Assembly: GCA_036563875.1 (NCBI GenBank)
Contig: DATCLO010000207.1
Span: 74,353-138,352 of the forward strand
Source of the DNA: Cyclobacteriaceae bacterium
Lineage (GTDB): Bacteria > Bacteroidota > Bacteroidia > Cytophagales > Cyclobacteriaceae
DNA: 64,000 nucleotides
Reading direction: 5' to 3'
Part shown: positions 8,523 through 18,385 of the stretch, in pieces
Position numbering within the stretch: the stretch's first letter is position 1
Layout of the letters: each line of letters opens with the position of its first letter
Notes under the pieces: model-generated
Database searches by the model: none
What the model saw: only the letters and a program-made list of their open reading frames with translations
What the model was told of the DNA's origin: nothing
Made by a program: the position numbers and the translations under genes

Positions 8523-9419
8523 AGGTACAAGTACAGATCCCTCAGATGTCACTACCAGTTTCATCCTGCTCCCATGTCTCCACGCTGCATTCGGATGCTC
8601 GTGGCCAATAGGCATACCGAAGGCCACCGGGTAGTTTGCGTCTTGAACGTGACGTAGGATGATTTGTTCGACGGATTCGCCGAAGGGTGTGTTGGAATCT
8701 TTAATGGCAGTCATATATCCGACTACAAGTCCTGCAAGCTTGTCGAGTTTCCCCGTCCGCTTGAGCTGCGTCATCATTCGGTCCAGCTTGTATTTGAATT
8801 CATCGACTTCTTCGATGACGAGTATGCGGTCCTTTGTCTCGGGCTCGATGGATGTGCCCATGGCGTCCATAAGAATGGAAAGATTTCCACCAATCACCAT
8901 GCCCGATGCTTCACCTTCAATGTTACTCTTTGCTGGTGCCGCCTTTATCGGGTGGGGGCTTCGAAAGAGAACGTCATACAGACTTTGCACGGATGGTCGT
9001 GCTGCAGGATCGCTGAACTGCGATGGCATTGCTGCATGGATGCTTTCAACTCCCGCTCTGAGCATCAGCATATGGAGCGCCGTGATGTCGCTAAAGCCGA
9101 TGATCCACTTGGGATATTTCTTGAACTTGGTAAGGTCAAGCAGGTCCACGATGCGCGTAGAGCCGTAACCTCCGCGCGCGCAGAAAATTGCCTTGACTCT
9201 ACGACTGTCGAGTGCCTCCTGCAAGTCGACCAATCGTTCCTCGTCAGACCCCGAGAGATAGCTGTGGCTTTTGCTCATGACGTTATCGCCGACTGTCACT
9301 TTGAGGTCCCACTCTTCGAGGACGCGAACGGCCCGGGTCAGTACATCCCGGGTGATCTTACCGGCGGGTGCTACCAACGCCACACGGTCGCCACGTTTCA
9401 GATTTCGGGGTGCGATCAT
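8517..9419 (-). CDS. LD-carboxypeptidase (peptidase S66)
   Basis: 300 aa. GGYGSTR and GFSDITALH form the Ser nucleophile context, with IEEVDE and a C-terminal GHEHPN as in the S66 family. Confidence 0.85.
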   Translation of the reverse strand: MIAPRNLKRGDRVALVAPAGKITRDVLTRAVRVLEEWDLKVTVGDNVMSKSHSYLSGSDEERLVDLQEALDSRRVKAIFCARGGYGSTRIVDLLDLTKFKKYPKWIIGFSDITALHMLMLRAGVESIHAAMPSQFSDPAARPSVQSLYDVLFRSPHPIKAAPAKSNIEGEASGMVIGGNLSILMDAMGTSIEPETKDRILVIEEVDEFKYKLDRMMTQLKRTGKLDKLAGLVVGYMTAIKDSNTPFGESVEQIILRHVQDANYPVAFGMPIGHEHPNAAWRHGSRMKLVVTSEGSVLVPQ

Positions 9420-9430
9420 AATGAGACAAG

Positions 9431-9458
9431 AAAAAACCCCGTGACATTACGGGGTTTT
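9431..9458 (-). terminator. rho-independent terminator after the skp genes
   Basis: A 10-bp stem AAAACCCCGT/ACGGGGTTTT (9433-9442 / 9449-9458) with a 6-nt loop and a T-run on the minus strand. It lies 38 nt after the OmpH stop. Confidence 0.7.
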
Positions 9459-9495
9459 GGCCGGCTATTGTACCGGAATGTCTTTGCTCACCTGT

Positions 9496-10050
9496 TTAGT
9501 TTTGGCTGGTGGAATCGGTTCTGGGCTTCGGTGTGATTCCCATCTTCCGCAGCACCAGGTCAGAAACATCGAGTTGCTCGTCACCGTAGAGTACAACATC
9601 GAGTCCGGACACGCCACCACTCAGTATCAGGTTAAAACCATTTTCTTTGGCGACTGCCTGAATCGCATCGCTCACCTTCTTAAAGACAGGCTCCATGAGT
9701 TCAGCCTGCTTTTGTTGAATAGTAATTTGTGCGTCTTCCTGCAGTTGCTGAAGGTTCGTTTGCAATTGCTGAAGTTCCCTTTCAGTGTTTGCTCTGACAG
9801 CTGGCAGCATGTTGTTGACATTAGCCTGGTAGTCTTCCAGCTTTTGTCTGAATTCGGCAGCCTTCGTATCCATTTGCTTTTTCAGCGCATTCTGAACCGA
9901 CTGTAGTTCGGTTTGAATTTGCTTTTGTTCAGGCATTTGGTTGAAGATATAGTCGACATCGGCAAATCCTACTTTCGTCTGAGCGTTTACCCGGACAGAA
10001 AATGCACACGCTGCCAATCCGATTATCAACAGAATAGTTACTTTTCTCAT
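9496..10050 (-). CDS. OmpH/Skp-family periplasmic chaperone
   Basis: 184 aa with a signal peptide and long coiled-coil Q/E/K-rich arms. It lies downstream of bamA. Confidence 0.85.
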   Translation of the reverse strand: MRKVTILLIIGLAACAFSVRVNAQTKVGFADVDYIFNQMPEQKQIQTELQSVQNALKKQMDTKAAEFRQKLEDYQANVNNMLPAVRANTERELQQLQTNLQQLQEDAQITIQQKQAELMEPVFKKVSDAIQAVAKENGFNLILSGGVSGLDVVLYGDEQLDVSDLVLRKMGITPKPRTDSTSQN

Positions 10051-10065
10051 TATCGCAGTTCAAGT

Positions 10066-10602
10066 TTAGTTCTTAATTACGTCATTCGGGTCGCCCAGGC
10101 CGAGTTCGTCGAGGACGAAGTCCGTATAGTCGTATCGCGGATCCGTATAGATCATGACCAGCTGGCTCGACTTGTCAAACACAATGGCCAGGTTGTTTTG
10201 CTTGGCTACCTTTTCGACGGCATCCCAGACCTTATCCATGACGGGTTTGACCAGTTCCTTTTTCTTGAGGAAGAACAATCCCTCGAATCCGAATACTTTA
10301 TTCTGATACTGTTTTAGCTCATCTTCTTTTGCCCGGATTGCTGCAATGCGCTCGTTTCGCATTTCTTCGGTCAGCAGCACGCGTTCCGCTTCCAGCTCCG
10401 CGTACATCGTCTCAATGCCCTTCGACATTTCCTGGATTTCCTTCTCCCAGCCCTGGGAAAGCATATTTATTTCGCTCTGCGCCTCCCGGTACTCGGGCAT
10501 TTTGTTCAGGATAAAATCCGTGTCGATGTATCCGAACCTCTGAGCTTTAACAAAAGTCAGGCCGAAAAAGAGGAAAAATAATGCAATAAAACAAATCCGC
10601 AT
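10066..10602 (-). CDS. OmpH/Skp-family periplasmic chaperone (paralogue)
   Basis: 178 aa with a signal peptide and a coiled-coil body. It lies immediately downstream of bamA. Confidence 0.85.
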   Translation of the reverse strand: MRICFIALFFLFFGLTFVKAQRFGYIDTDFILNKMPEYREAQSEINMLSQGWEKEIQEMSKGIETMYAELEAERVLLTEEMRNERIAAIRAKEDELKQYQNKVFGFEGLFFLKKKELVKPVMDKVWDAVEKVAKQNNLAIVFDKSSQLVMIYTDPRYDYTDFVLDELGLGDPNDVIKN

Positions 10603-10604
10603 AG

Positions 10605-13316
10605 CTATCTGAGTTGTTGGCCGATAGTAAAGTGGAATTGCGAACCACTGATTTCGTTCGAAAACGGCAGCCTGTCAAATCCATACGCCCAATTCAGTCC
10701 GATCAGCCCGAAAGCCGGCATAAACAGCCGTACTCCGGCCCCTGCCGATTTATATAGCTTAAACGGATTAAAGTCCTCATAATTACCCCAGTTGCCTCCG
10801 GCTTCCGTGAAAATGAACCCGTAAATCGTAGCGGCATTGCCCGTAGTTACGGGATACCGCAACTCCAGGCCCAATTTATCATAAACAATACCGCCCTGGG
10901 TGGTCTTTGGCGATTCCTGCCCGTAGCGGGCGTATAGCGGCGGCGTAACCAGGTTGTCCTCGTAGCCCCTCAAACCAATAATTTCCTGACCGAGGACGAA
11001 TGAGCCAATTCCACCGGCAAGTCCGGCACCCCCCATGAAGAACCGCTCGAATGGACCGATGCCGTACTTCTTCGAGTAGGATCCGATAAACCCAAAGTGC
11101 GCCTTGGCTTCCAAAACGAGTTTCTTCTTGTTATCGAGCGGCATGTAGTACTTCGCATCGAACATCCACTTGTGGTACTCTATCCACTTGAACTTTTGTT
11201 GGTTGAACGTTTCCACCGCCTCCGGATCTTCGGGATCGTAGCTATTGTAATTAATGTTACGCCACAATGAGAATGGCGGGGTGAACGAAACACTAAGTGA
11301 GATTTCAGACCCTTCTGTCGGATAGCGCGGGTCACCCGTGCTTCTCCGCGAGAGCGTCGTGTTGAACGTGATGCTGTTAGCGTCTCCGTTGGAGAACCCA
11401 ATACCAACAGGGTAATCTCTCAGCGAATACTTTGTATAGGATATCGAGTTCGATAACGTGAAGTAGTTGTCGGGCCATTCGAGCAAACGACCCAAACCAA
11501 CAGAGAAGTTCAGTACACTCAAGCGCTGCGCGTCGTTGACCTCCGCACGGAAGCCGTAGTAAAATGCCCGTTGCACGGAGTGGTTGAAACTTACCGAGAA
11601 AGACTGCGGCTTCCGTCCACCCAGCCAGGGTTCGGTGAAGGAGAAACCGTAGTTCTGATACGCTTTGCCGTTTGCCTGCATGCGCAGTGACAGACGCTGA
11701 CCATCGCCGACAGGCAGCGGCCTCCACTTGGATCGATCTGGTATGTTGCGTATGGAGAAGTTGTTGAACGTTAATCCAAGCGTACCTACAAAGCCATAGT
11801 ATCCACCCCAACCACCAGAAAGTTCAATCTGGTCGTTGGATTGTTCTTCGACAGACCATTCGATGTCAACTGTTCCGTTAGCGGGATTCGGCACGAGATT
11901 CTGTGAAATCTTCTCAGGGTTGAAATAGCCAAGCTGAGCGAGCGATTGCTGCGTGCGGATAATGTCCGAACGGCTGAATTTCCTGCCCGGCACAGTACGA
12001 AGTTCGCGGCGGATCACGTGATCGCTCGTGCGCTCATTGCCAGTAATCGTAACCTGATTAATGGTTGCCTGTTCGCCTTCTGTAATGCGCATTTCGACGT
12101 CGATAGAATCGCCGGCGATAGCAACTTCGTAAGGTTGAATGCGGAAGAAGAGGTATCCGTCGTCCATGTACAGACCACTGATGTCAGCTCCTTTTGGGTT
12201 AAATGTGATCTTTCTCTGAAGCAGCTCGCGATCATACACGTCGCCCTTCTTGATACCCAGAATCGCGTTCAGTGTGCGGTCAGTATGGATATAGTTTCCG
12301 GTCCAGTAAATATTGCGGAAGTAGTATTTGGGACCTTCATAAATCTGCATCTCAAGGTTGATCGTACGGTCGTCGTGGTTGTACACCGTGTCCATCACGA
12401 TTTCTGCGTCGCGATAGCCCCTTGAGTTATAGAAGGCGATGACTTTCTTCTTATCCTCTTCGTAATCGGATTGAATGTACTTCGAGGTGTTGAAGATGTT
12501 GAGTCGGACGTTCTTGTTAAGAAACTCTCTTGCTTCCATCCACGACGCCTTCTTTTTCTCTGCCAAGTAATCGGCAGGCTTTCGCGCCAGCAACTCCGAA
12601 ATGATCGCTCTGTGAAGGTAGATGCCGGCACGTTCGTGTGTGCCCTTCATCTTCTTCTTGATCTTGCTATCGGGGATGTTTTCGTTGCCGTAGATGTCGA
12701 TGCTGTTGATCTTGACCTTCGATTTCGGGTTCACCACGATCCGAAGCCGAACGCCTTCACGGGTGAGGGTATCTGCCTCCTGAATAACTTTCACTTCTGC
12801 GTTGAGATAGCCCTTCTTGACGAAGTGCTTTCGAACGGCAGTTTGTGTATTGCGGATCATCGCGTCAGTGACGATCCGTCCCCGTATGAGATCGATGTCT
12901 TCCTTGAGCGCGCTTTCCTTGCCTTTGGAAATTCCCACAAAGTAGTAGCTCGTGAGACGAGGGCGCTCCGCAAGCAGGATCTTGAGGAACACGTTCTCGC
13001 CTTCGATCCGGTCGACCGAAATAGTGACGTCACCAACCAGGCCGTGCTTCCAGAGTTTCCTGATCGCGCCGGAGATGGCGTCACCGGGGATTTTGATTTT
13101 ATCACCTACTCTCAATCCGGTCAGGGAGATGATAGCATTCTCATCTAAGATGTTCAATCCTTCGACTGAAATCCCTCCAATGACGTATTCGCTGGGATTA
13201 GCGTAGTTCAGCCGGTTATCGCTCGGTGATGCAGGTGCGCGATCTCTCCTGCGGAACTGGGCCTGCGAATCCACCACCGCCAAGGCGAGGAGCAATAACA
13301 GTAGCAATCGCTTCAT
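10605..13316 (-). CDS. bamA: outer membrane protein assembly factor BamA
   Basis: 903 aa with a signal peptide, repeated POTRA-like segments, a C-terminal Omp85 barrel and a terminal ...FHFTIGQQLR. Sits in the conserved uppS-bamA-skp context. Confidence 0.95.
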   Translation of the reverse strand: MKRLLLLLLLALAVVDSQAQFRRRDRAPASPSDNRLNYANPSEYVIGGISVEGLNILDENAIISLTGLRVGDKIKIPGDAISGAIRKLWKHGLVGDVTISVDRIEGENVFLKILLAERPRLTSYYFVGISKGKESALKEDIDLIRGRIVTDAMIRNTQTAVRKHFVKKGYLNAEVKVIQEADTLTREGVRLRIVVNPKSKVKINSIDIYGNENIPDSKIKKKMKGTHERAGIYLHRAIISELLARKPADYLAEKKKASWMEAREFLNKNVRLNIFNTSKYIQSDYEEDKKKVIAFYNSRGYRDAEIVMDTVYNHDDRTINLEMQIYEGPKYYFRNIYWTGNYIHTDRTLNAILGIKKGDVYDRELLQRKITFNPKGADISGLYMDDGYLFFRIQPYEVAIAGDSIDVEMRITEGEQATINQVTITGNERTSDHVIRRELRTVPGRKFSRSDIIRTQQSLAQLGYFNPEKISQNLVPNPANGTVDIEWSVEEQSNDQIELSGGWGGYYGFVGTLGLTFNNFSIRNIPDRSKWRPLPVGDGQRLSLRMQANGKAYQNYGFSFTEPWLGGRKPQSFSVSFNHSVQRAFYYGFRAEVNDAQRLSVLNFSVGLGRLLEWPDNYFTLSNSISYTKYSLRDYPVGIGFSNGDANSITFNTTLSRRSTGDPRYPTEGSEISLSVSFTPPFSLWRNINYNSYDPEDPEAVETFNQQKFKWIEYHKWMFDAKYYMPLDNKKKLVLEAKAHFGFIGSYSKKYGIGPFERFFMGGAGLAGGIGSFVLGQEIIGLRGYEDNLVTPPLYARYGQESPKTTQGGIVYDKLGLELRYPVTTGNAATIYGFIFTEAGGNWGNYEDFNPFKLYKSAGAGVRLFMPAFGLIGLNWAYGFDRLPFSNEISGSQFHFTIGQQLR

Positions 13317-14069
13317 CTAGCTTACCGGGTTCAATTGTTCACTTGTCTTGCCGAATCTCCTCTCGCGCTGCTGATACGACCATACCGCCTCGTACAGGTG
13401 CTCTTTCCTGAAATCGGGCCACAATGTGGGAGTGATGTACAGTTCCGTATAGGCGATCTGCCACAGCAGGAAGTTGCTGACTCGCATTTCGCCACTTGTA
13501 CGGATGAGGAGCTCCGGATCTGGGATGCCTGGGGCCTGCAAATAGTTTTCAAACAGGCGGTCTGAAATGTCTTTTTCGTCAATCTTGCCGCTTTGAACGT
13601 CTCTGACGAGCGATTTTACGGCCTGGATGATTTCCCAGCGGCCGCTGTAGCTGAGTGCGATGTTCAGCGTCAGGCCCGTATTGCTACGGGTTTGTTCGAT
13701 GGCCCATTTGAGGTTTTCCTGGCACTCGGGAGGGAGGTCGGAAAGCTCTCCTACCGTGATCAGGCGAACCTGGTTTTCCATAAGGCGGTCGATTTCCTGT
13801 TTCAGGGTACTTACCAGCAGCTCCATCAGGCCCTCGACTTCCTCCTTAGGTCGACCCCAGTTTTCCGTGGAAAACGCGTACAGCGTCAGGTATTTCACTC
13901 CAAGCTCACCACAGGCCTCAGTCACTTCTCTCACGGCCTGGACGGCATTTTTATGCCCAAAGATTCGCATGGCGCCCTTCCGCTTCGCCCATCTGCCGTT
14001 CCCGTCCATGATCACGGCGATGTGACGAGGCAGCCTGTTTTGGTCAATAAGTTCCTTATAAGACGCCAT
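13317..14069 (-). CDS. uppS: di-trans,poly-cis-undecaprenyl-diphosphate synthase
   Basis: 250 aa. Motifs HIAVIMDGNGRWA and IRTSGEMRVSNFLLWQIAYTE. The stop abuts the bamA start. Confidence 0.95.
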   Translation of the reverse strand: MASYKELIDQNRLPRHIAVIMDGNGRWAKRKGAMRIFGHKNAVQAVREVTEACGELGVKYLTLYAFSTENWGRPKEEVEGLMELLVSTLKQEIDRLMENQVRLITVGELSDLPPECQENLKWAIEQTRSNTGLTLNIALSYSGRWEIIQAVKSLVRDVQSGKIDEKDISDRLFENYLQAPGIPDPELLIRTSGEMRVSNFLLWQIAYTELYITPTLWPDFRKEHLYEAVWSYQQRERRFGKTSEQLNPVS

Positions 14070-14077
14070 AGAGGGTG

Positions 14078-14085
14078 CAAAATTA
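14078..14085 (-). promoter_or_regulatory. -7 promoter box (TAATTTTG) for uppS
   Basis: Plus-strand caaaatta is TAATTTTG on the minus strand. It lies only 8 nt upstream of the uppS ATG, so the leader is very short. Confidence 0.45.
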
Positions 14086-14114
14086 GCGTATTTCCCGGAA
14101 TGATCGGCATTATT

Positions 14115-14164
14115 CAGTGTGAGTATGAAAGTGATTGCGAAACCCCACTCTCACTCTCACACTG
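14115..14164 (-). terminator. long imperfect hairpin directly after the PorG-like gene stop (no U-tract)
   Basis: CAGTGTGAG (14115-14123) pairs with CTCACACTG (14156-14164). The inner pair is AGTGA (14130-14134) with TCACT (14151-14155). Confidence 0.3.
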
Positions 14165-14839
14165 TTAATATGGGCTGGAAGGGCAGGGGATATCATAGAA
14201 GGTCCTTGTCAGGGTAATCCCCAGAAAAAAGTAGTTGTCCTTGTCATACGGGTTCGCGTACTGGTAATTCTTCACGCGCGTGTCTTCGTCTGATACATTA
14301 TCAAGATAGTCGAAGAACGTTTTGCGCACTCCGAATTCCAGCGCCATGTACCACTTTGGGTTGAGAATGTATTTCACTCCTACTCCGAGAGGAACAGACG
14401 GCTGGACGTTGCTGTATTCCGCGGGCTTGTCGTCATTGCCGGAAATACCAAACAGCGCGAGTCCTCCGAACATATAGGGTGAAAAGCGATGGAGAAACTT
14501 TTCATCGCGCCAGTTGAGGAAGTGATACTCCAGGACCGTTGATGCTTCGAAAAGAAAAATATCGAATGATGCGTCCCGTTGCTCGGCGAAAGCGTCGATA
14601 GGTTTGCGATCACTTGCTCCAAGAAATCCTGCCGTGACGCCCGCACGAAAACTTACAACCTTTGAAAGGTTGGAGCGATAGAATACTGTGCCCGCTGGTT
14701 TGGAAAATGAAAAGTCATACGTGCGAACAAGGTCGCCAGTATAGTTGAACGTTCCAAGCCCAAAGCCAATCTCAGAGCGCTGAGCCAAAGACACATGTGC
14801 AAGGCAAACCGAAAGCCCCAGAACAAGGATGATCCGCAT
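14165..14839 (-). CDS. small outer-membrane beta-barrel, DUF6089 / T9SS PorG-like
   Basis: 224 aa with a signal peptide and alternating beta-strand pattern ending in an aromatic residue. Its position just upstream of uppS-bamA-skp matches the P. gingivalis porG locus as I recall it. Confidence 0.55.
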   Translation of the reverse strand: MRIILVLGLSVCLAHVSLAQRSEIGFGLGTFNYTGDLVRTYDFSFSKPAGTVFYRSNLSKVVSFRAGVTAGFLGASDRKPIDAFAEQRDASFDIFLFEASTVLEYHFLNWRDEKFLHRFSPYMFGGLALFGISGNDDKPAEYSNVQPSVPLGVGVKYILNPKWYMALEFGVRKTFFDYLDNVSDEDTRVKNYQYANPYDKDNYFFLGITLTRTFYDIPCPSSPY

Positions 14840-15897
14840 TACCGGAATTTAGCGCGATTAAATGTCTTGCCGATGACATAGCTGAGCCTTACGGTGGTGA
14901 CGGTGAAAATGTCGGTGTCGCTCTTGTTACCCCGCACGTTGTCGCGAGACTCCTGGCCATACCCTGGAATCACAGTGTATGTACGTCCATCGCGGCCTAC
15001 ATAGCTATGCGTGTTGGAAGTGCCCAGCTCGTATCCTCGATACGATAATGAACGGGCCAGTTCATTGTCGCCAAACACACCCAGGTCGACATAGTTTTGA
15101 CTCACGTCATCAAGGTAGTCAGTAAACGTATACCGTATCCCGAACTCCGCCGAAAGGTCCATGACTTCGTTTAGTCGAAAACGAACGCCAACGCCAAAAG
15201 GTATAGCAACCTGAAAATTATTGTAGGGTTTGATGCCAAAGTTAACATCACCTTCCTGGAGGGTAGCATGTTGCCCCTCAGTACCAAGGTCGATCAGGTC
15301 CACCCATTCGCCGGCATTTTCAAAGGGTACACCGTTCAGACCTCTTTCAGGCACCTTGGCCTGCGGGTTGTGATGAAATACTGACACCCCAATGTAAGCA
15401 AAGGGTGTCCAACGAACACGGCTTATGTATGTGTGTTGATTCTCGTAAAGATCAAAGACACCGACAATTGACAGTTCCTTAATGCGGTTTCGGAATGAGA
15501 GGTTACGTTGGTAACGGAACACACCGTTCTCCGTGTCGTTGCGATTTGCTGACTCCGCATCAGACCCCTGAAGCGAGCCGTACATGAACGAACTTCTCAA
15601 AGAGAACCGTGGGCCTAAACGCTGTGTGAGGGAGACACCAACAGCAGGCTTGGTGAAACCGAAGTCTGTGCTGACCTTGCTTGGCTTAGGCGAAAGGTCG
15701 CCGTAATAATTCAGCGCGTTCAGCGTGATGTCGATCTGATTGTAGCGATTGGCTTGGGGGAACCCGCGTTTCTTACCGCGGAAAGTCATCATACGAATGT
15801 TATTGCGCTTGATGTCGCGCCGATCCATCTGGGCGGTGGCTTCAAAAACGAGGCTGGAGAGGAAGAGCACGACAGCCACCTGGAAAAGTGTTCTCAT
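14839..15897 (-). CDS. outer-membrane beta-barrel protein, larger paralogue of the DUF6089/PorG-like family
   Basis: 352 aa with signal peptide MRTLFQVAVVLFLSSLVFEATAQ. It shares motifs with the downstream gene (FTDYLDDVS versus FFDYLDNVS). Its stop overlaps the next gene's start as TAATG. Confidence 0.6.
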   Translation of the reverse strand: MRTLFQVAVVLFLSSLVFEATAQMDRRDIKRNNIRMMTFRGKKRGFPQANRYNQIDITLNALNYYGDLSPKPSKVSTDFGFTKPAVGVSLTQRLGPRFSLRSSFMYGSLQGSDAESANRNDTENGVFRYQRNLSFRNRIKELSIVGVFDLYENQHTYISRVRWTPFAYIGVSVFHHNPQAKVPERGLNGVPFENAGEWVDLIDLGTEGQHATLQEGDVNFGIKPYNNFQVAIPFGVGVRFRLNEVMDLSAEFGIRYTFTDYLDDVSQNYVDLGVFGDNELARSLSYRGYELGTSNTHSYVGRDGRTYTVIPGYGQESRDNVRGNKSDTDIFTVTTVRLSYVIGKTFNRAKFR

Positions 15898-15934
15898 GGC
15901 GAAAAAAAATGAATACGCAATGAACTGTAAATTA

Positions 15935-15942
15935 CAAATTTA
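15935..15942 (-). promoter_or_regulatory. -7 promoter box (TAAATTTG) for the 352-aa OMP gene
   Basis: Plus-strand caaattta is TAAATTTG on the minus strand, 37 nt upstream of the ATG at 15897. Confidence 0.5.
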
Positions 15943-15951
15943 GCAATTTTT

Positions 15952-16827
15952 TTAATTCCTCGCATCCAGTCCCCAGTTCAACTTTTGCCGGAGCGTTTTG
16001 AAGTAATGTTGTCCCCGTAACTGCACCAAATTGACCCGGATATTGGCCTTTTTGACCATCAGTTTCACGGTTTCGTCGACAGTCTCCATTCGGGAATCCA
16101 GGGACACGATAAACTTTTTGCTCCTGCCCTCCACCCGGAAGGTGATCTCGGAGGCGTCGGGGACGACGATGGGCCGGACCGTAAGATTGTGGGGGCTTAC
16201 AGGAGTTATGACAAAGCACTCGGATCCAGGGAAAACGAGCGGGCCCCCGCAACTCAGCGAGTACCCGGTAGAGCCAGTGGGTGTCGCAACGATGATACCA
16301 TCCGCCCAGTAGGAATTCAGAAATTCACCATCGATAAAAGTATGCACTGTTATCATCGATGAACTGTCCTTCTTCACCAGTGTGAAGTCATTCAGTGCGT
16401 ATCCGAAACCACCAAACAAATCACGATCAGAGTGCAGGCTGATAAGCACACGCTCATCGATATCATATTCCTTTCGGAAGATCATGTCCATTGCCTCGTC
16501 GATCTCTTCACGACCTATGGTCGCAAGAAATCCAAGCCGACCTGTGTTGATGCCAAAGATGGGTATTCCGGTTTTACCAACATGTGTCACACATTCGAGG
16601 AGGGTACCATCGCCACCAAGACTGAAGAACAGGTCAACCTTTCGAAGGCTTTCGCCTGGCTCGTAGGTTTTATACTTGAATTTTCGGAACTGGGCAAGAC
16701 GGAGGCTTTTCTGGAAGCGGGATGATACGAGCACCTCGACTTTTTCTTTAGCCAGCCTCTCCAGTATGCGTTCGATAAAAGGTGCTGATTGGCGTGTAAA
16801 GTCCTTACCGTGTACACCAATCCTCAT
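15952..16827 (-). CDS. nadK: NAD(+) kinase
   Basis: 291 aa. Motifs FFSLGGDGTLL, GINTGRLGFL and PTGSTGYSLS. Confidence 0.9.
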   Translation of the reverse strand: MRIGVHGKDFTRQSAPFIERILERLAKEKVEVLVSSRFQKSLRLAQFRKFKYKTYEPGESLRKVDLFFSLGGDGTLLECVTHVGKTGIPIFGINTGRLGFLATIGREEIDEAMDMIFRKEYDIDERVLISLHSDRDLFGGFGYALNDFTLVKKDSSSMITVHTFIDGEFLNSYWADGIIVATPTGSTGYSLSCGGPLVFPGSECFVITPVSPHNLTVRPIVVPDASEITFRVEGRSKKFIVSLDSRMETVDETVKLMVKKANIRVNLVQLRGQHYFKTLRQKLNWGLDARN

Positions 16828-16872
16828 GCGCTGGAAGTTTGATCGGAAGTGGAGGAAAACCGGGGCAAGATA

Positions 16873-17538
16873 CTAAATATCGAGGTAGCGCAGGAGCATG
16901 TCTATGCGCTCTTTTTCGCTTGTGATGGGTTTGGTTTCCTGGTAGCGGCCAATGACCTTGTATCCGAAGCGCTCAAGCGTAGCAACGATCCTCGACAAAT
17001 CGAGTTCGTTGATCTTCAGCGTAAGCCTGATCTTACCCGGATCGAGCGGGTCTTCCTTCACTATGCTGCTGAGCACCTTCGCGTGGTTCTCTTCGATGAG
17101 CCGACTGATCTCAGCCAGTGAGTAATCAACAAGAGGAAGGGAAATCACAAGAATTCCTCCGGGAAGCTGGACCGCTGCGGTCTGGGCAAATGATGTCAGG
17201 GTATCCTGAACGGTGATCACACCGCAGTACGTCTGGTCTTCATTGAGTACGGCAACGAGTTGGAGTTTATTCTCTGCTGCGACTTTCAGGATATCATAAA
17301 AGTGGGCATCCAAACTAACATGACAACGCTGCCCGATCAGTTTGAATGATTTGACCTGGTTCTCGATGTCGTTTGCTTCGAGAATAATTTCTTCAGAGAT
17401 GAATCCCAGCAGCTTGTTGTCTTCAACTACGGGAAGGTGGTTGACGCGAAATTCCTCCATCCAGACGATCGCCTTGTGCGCGTCATCCGTCCCCTTAAGG
17501 GGAGGAATCATATGATTTATCAAGTCCTCAGCGATCAT
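16873..17538 (-). CDS. CBS domain-containing protein
   Basis: 221 aa with tandem CBS-like repeats (HLPVVEDNKLLGFISEEIIL, LVAVLNEDQTYCGVITVQDTL) and a C-terminal ACT-like part. Confidence 0.8.
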   Translation of the reverse strand: MIAEDLINHMIPPLKGTDDAHKAIVWMEEFRVNHLPVVEDNKLLGFISEEIILEANDIENQVKSFKLIGQRCHVSLDAHFYDILKVAAENKLQLVAVLNEDQTYCGVITVQDTLTSFAQTAAVQLPGGILVISLPLVDYSLAEISRLIEENHAKVLSSIVKEDPLDPGKIRLTLKINELDLSRIVATLERFGYKVIGRYQETKPITSEKERIDMLLRYLDI

Positions 17539-18314
17539 GTTGGCGTAGGTGAGCTGCTGTTTAAATCTAACAAAAATCCTTCCACAATTTCGTTAAACCG
17601 TTCAGGATGCTCCATCATGGGCGCATGGCAGCATTGGTCAATGAATTTCAGCTCCGAATTGGGAATAAGGCGCCCAAATTCATGAGCTACCATTGCCGGC
17701 GTAATGGTATCATTCAGACCCCAGACCAATAGTGTCGGCACTTTGATGGCCTTGATTTCATTGGCGAGGTTATTTCGCTGTGCGGATTTGGCGATAGCCA
17801 CAATACGCATGCACTTAGGGATATTCCTGGTCGTCTCGAAGACCTCGTCCACCAGTTCCTTTGTGGCCACGTCCGGACTGTAAAAAGTGTAAGCGACGCG
17901 CTCTTTTACATACTCATAATTTCCCCGCTTGGGATAGGATCCCCCCATAGAATCCTCGAACAAACCTGAGCTTCCCGTCAGTATGAGTCGCTTAACCTTG
18001 TCGCCGTTTCGCAGCGTATACATCAGGGCGATATGACCTCCAAGACTATTTCCCATGAGGACGATGTCATGCAGGTCCATGAACTTGACAAAGTCTTCCA
18101 GGAATTTCGTCAGGCCGTCCAGACCAGCCTCTTTGATGGGCATTTCATAGATGGGAAGCATGGGGATGACAACCCTGAAGTTGGAGGAGAACCGCTCAAC
18201 TACTCCTTCCCAGTTGCTTAATGCTCCAAATAATCCGTGCAGCAGCAATAGCACGGGACCTCTGCCTTCATCGACAAACTTGAAACGATCCGATTCCTTG
18301 ACTACCAGGCCCAT
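17535..18314 (-). CDS. alpha/beta-fold hydrolase
   Basis: 259 aa. HG oxyanion motif (LLLHGLFG), nucleophile elbow GNSLGG, and a C-terminal CCHAPMMEHP carrying the His. Confidence 0.85.
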   Translation of the reverse strand: MGLVVKESDRFKFVDEGRGPVLLLLHGLFGALSNWEGVVERFSSNFRVVIPMLPIYEMPIKEAGLDGLTKFLEDFVKFMDLHDIVLMGNSLGGHIALMYTLRNGDKVKRLILTGSSGLFEDSMGGSYPKRGNYEYVKERVAYTFYSPDVATKELVDEVFETTRNIPKCMRIVAIAKSAQRNNLANEIKAIKVPTLLVWGLNDTITPAMVAHEFGRLIPNSELKFIDQCCHAPMMEHPERFNEIVEGFLLDLNSSSPTPT

Positions 18315-18385
18315 CTTACTCCGGAGTTATCCCGATAAAAAAACAAAAAATACCAAATTCCATCCAAAAAATGCGTTGTCACCGC

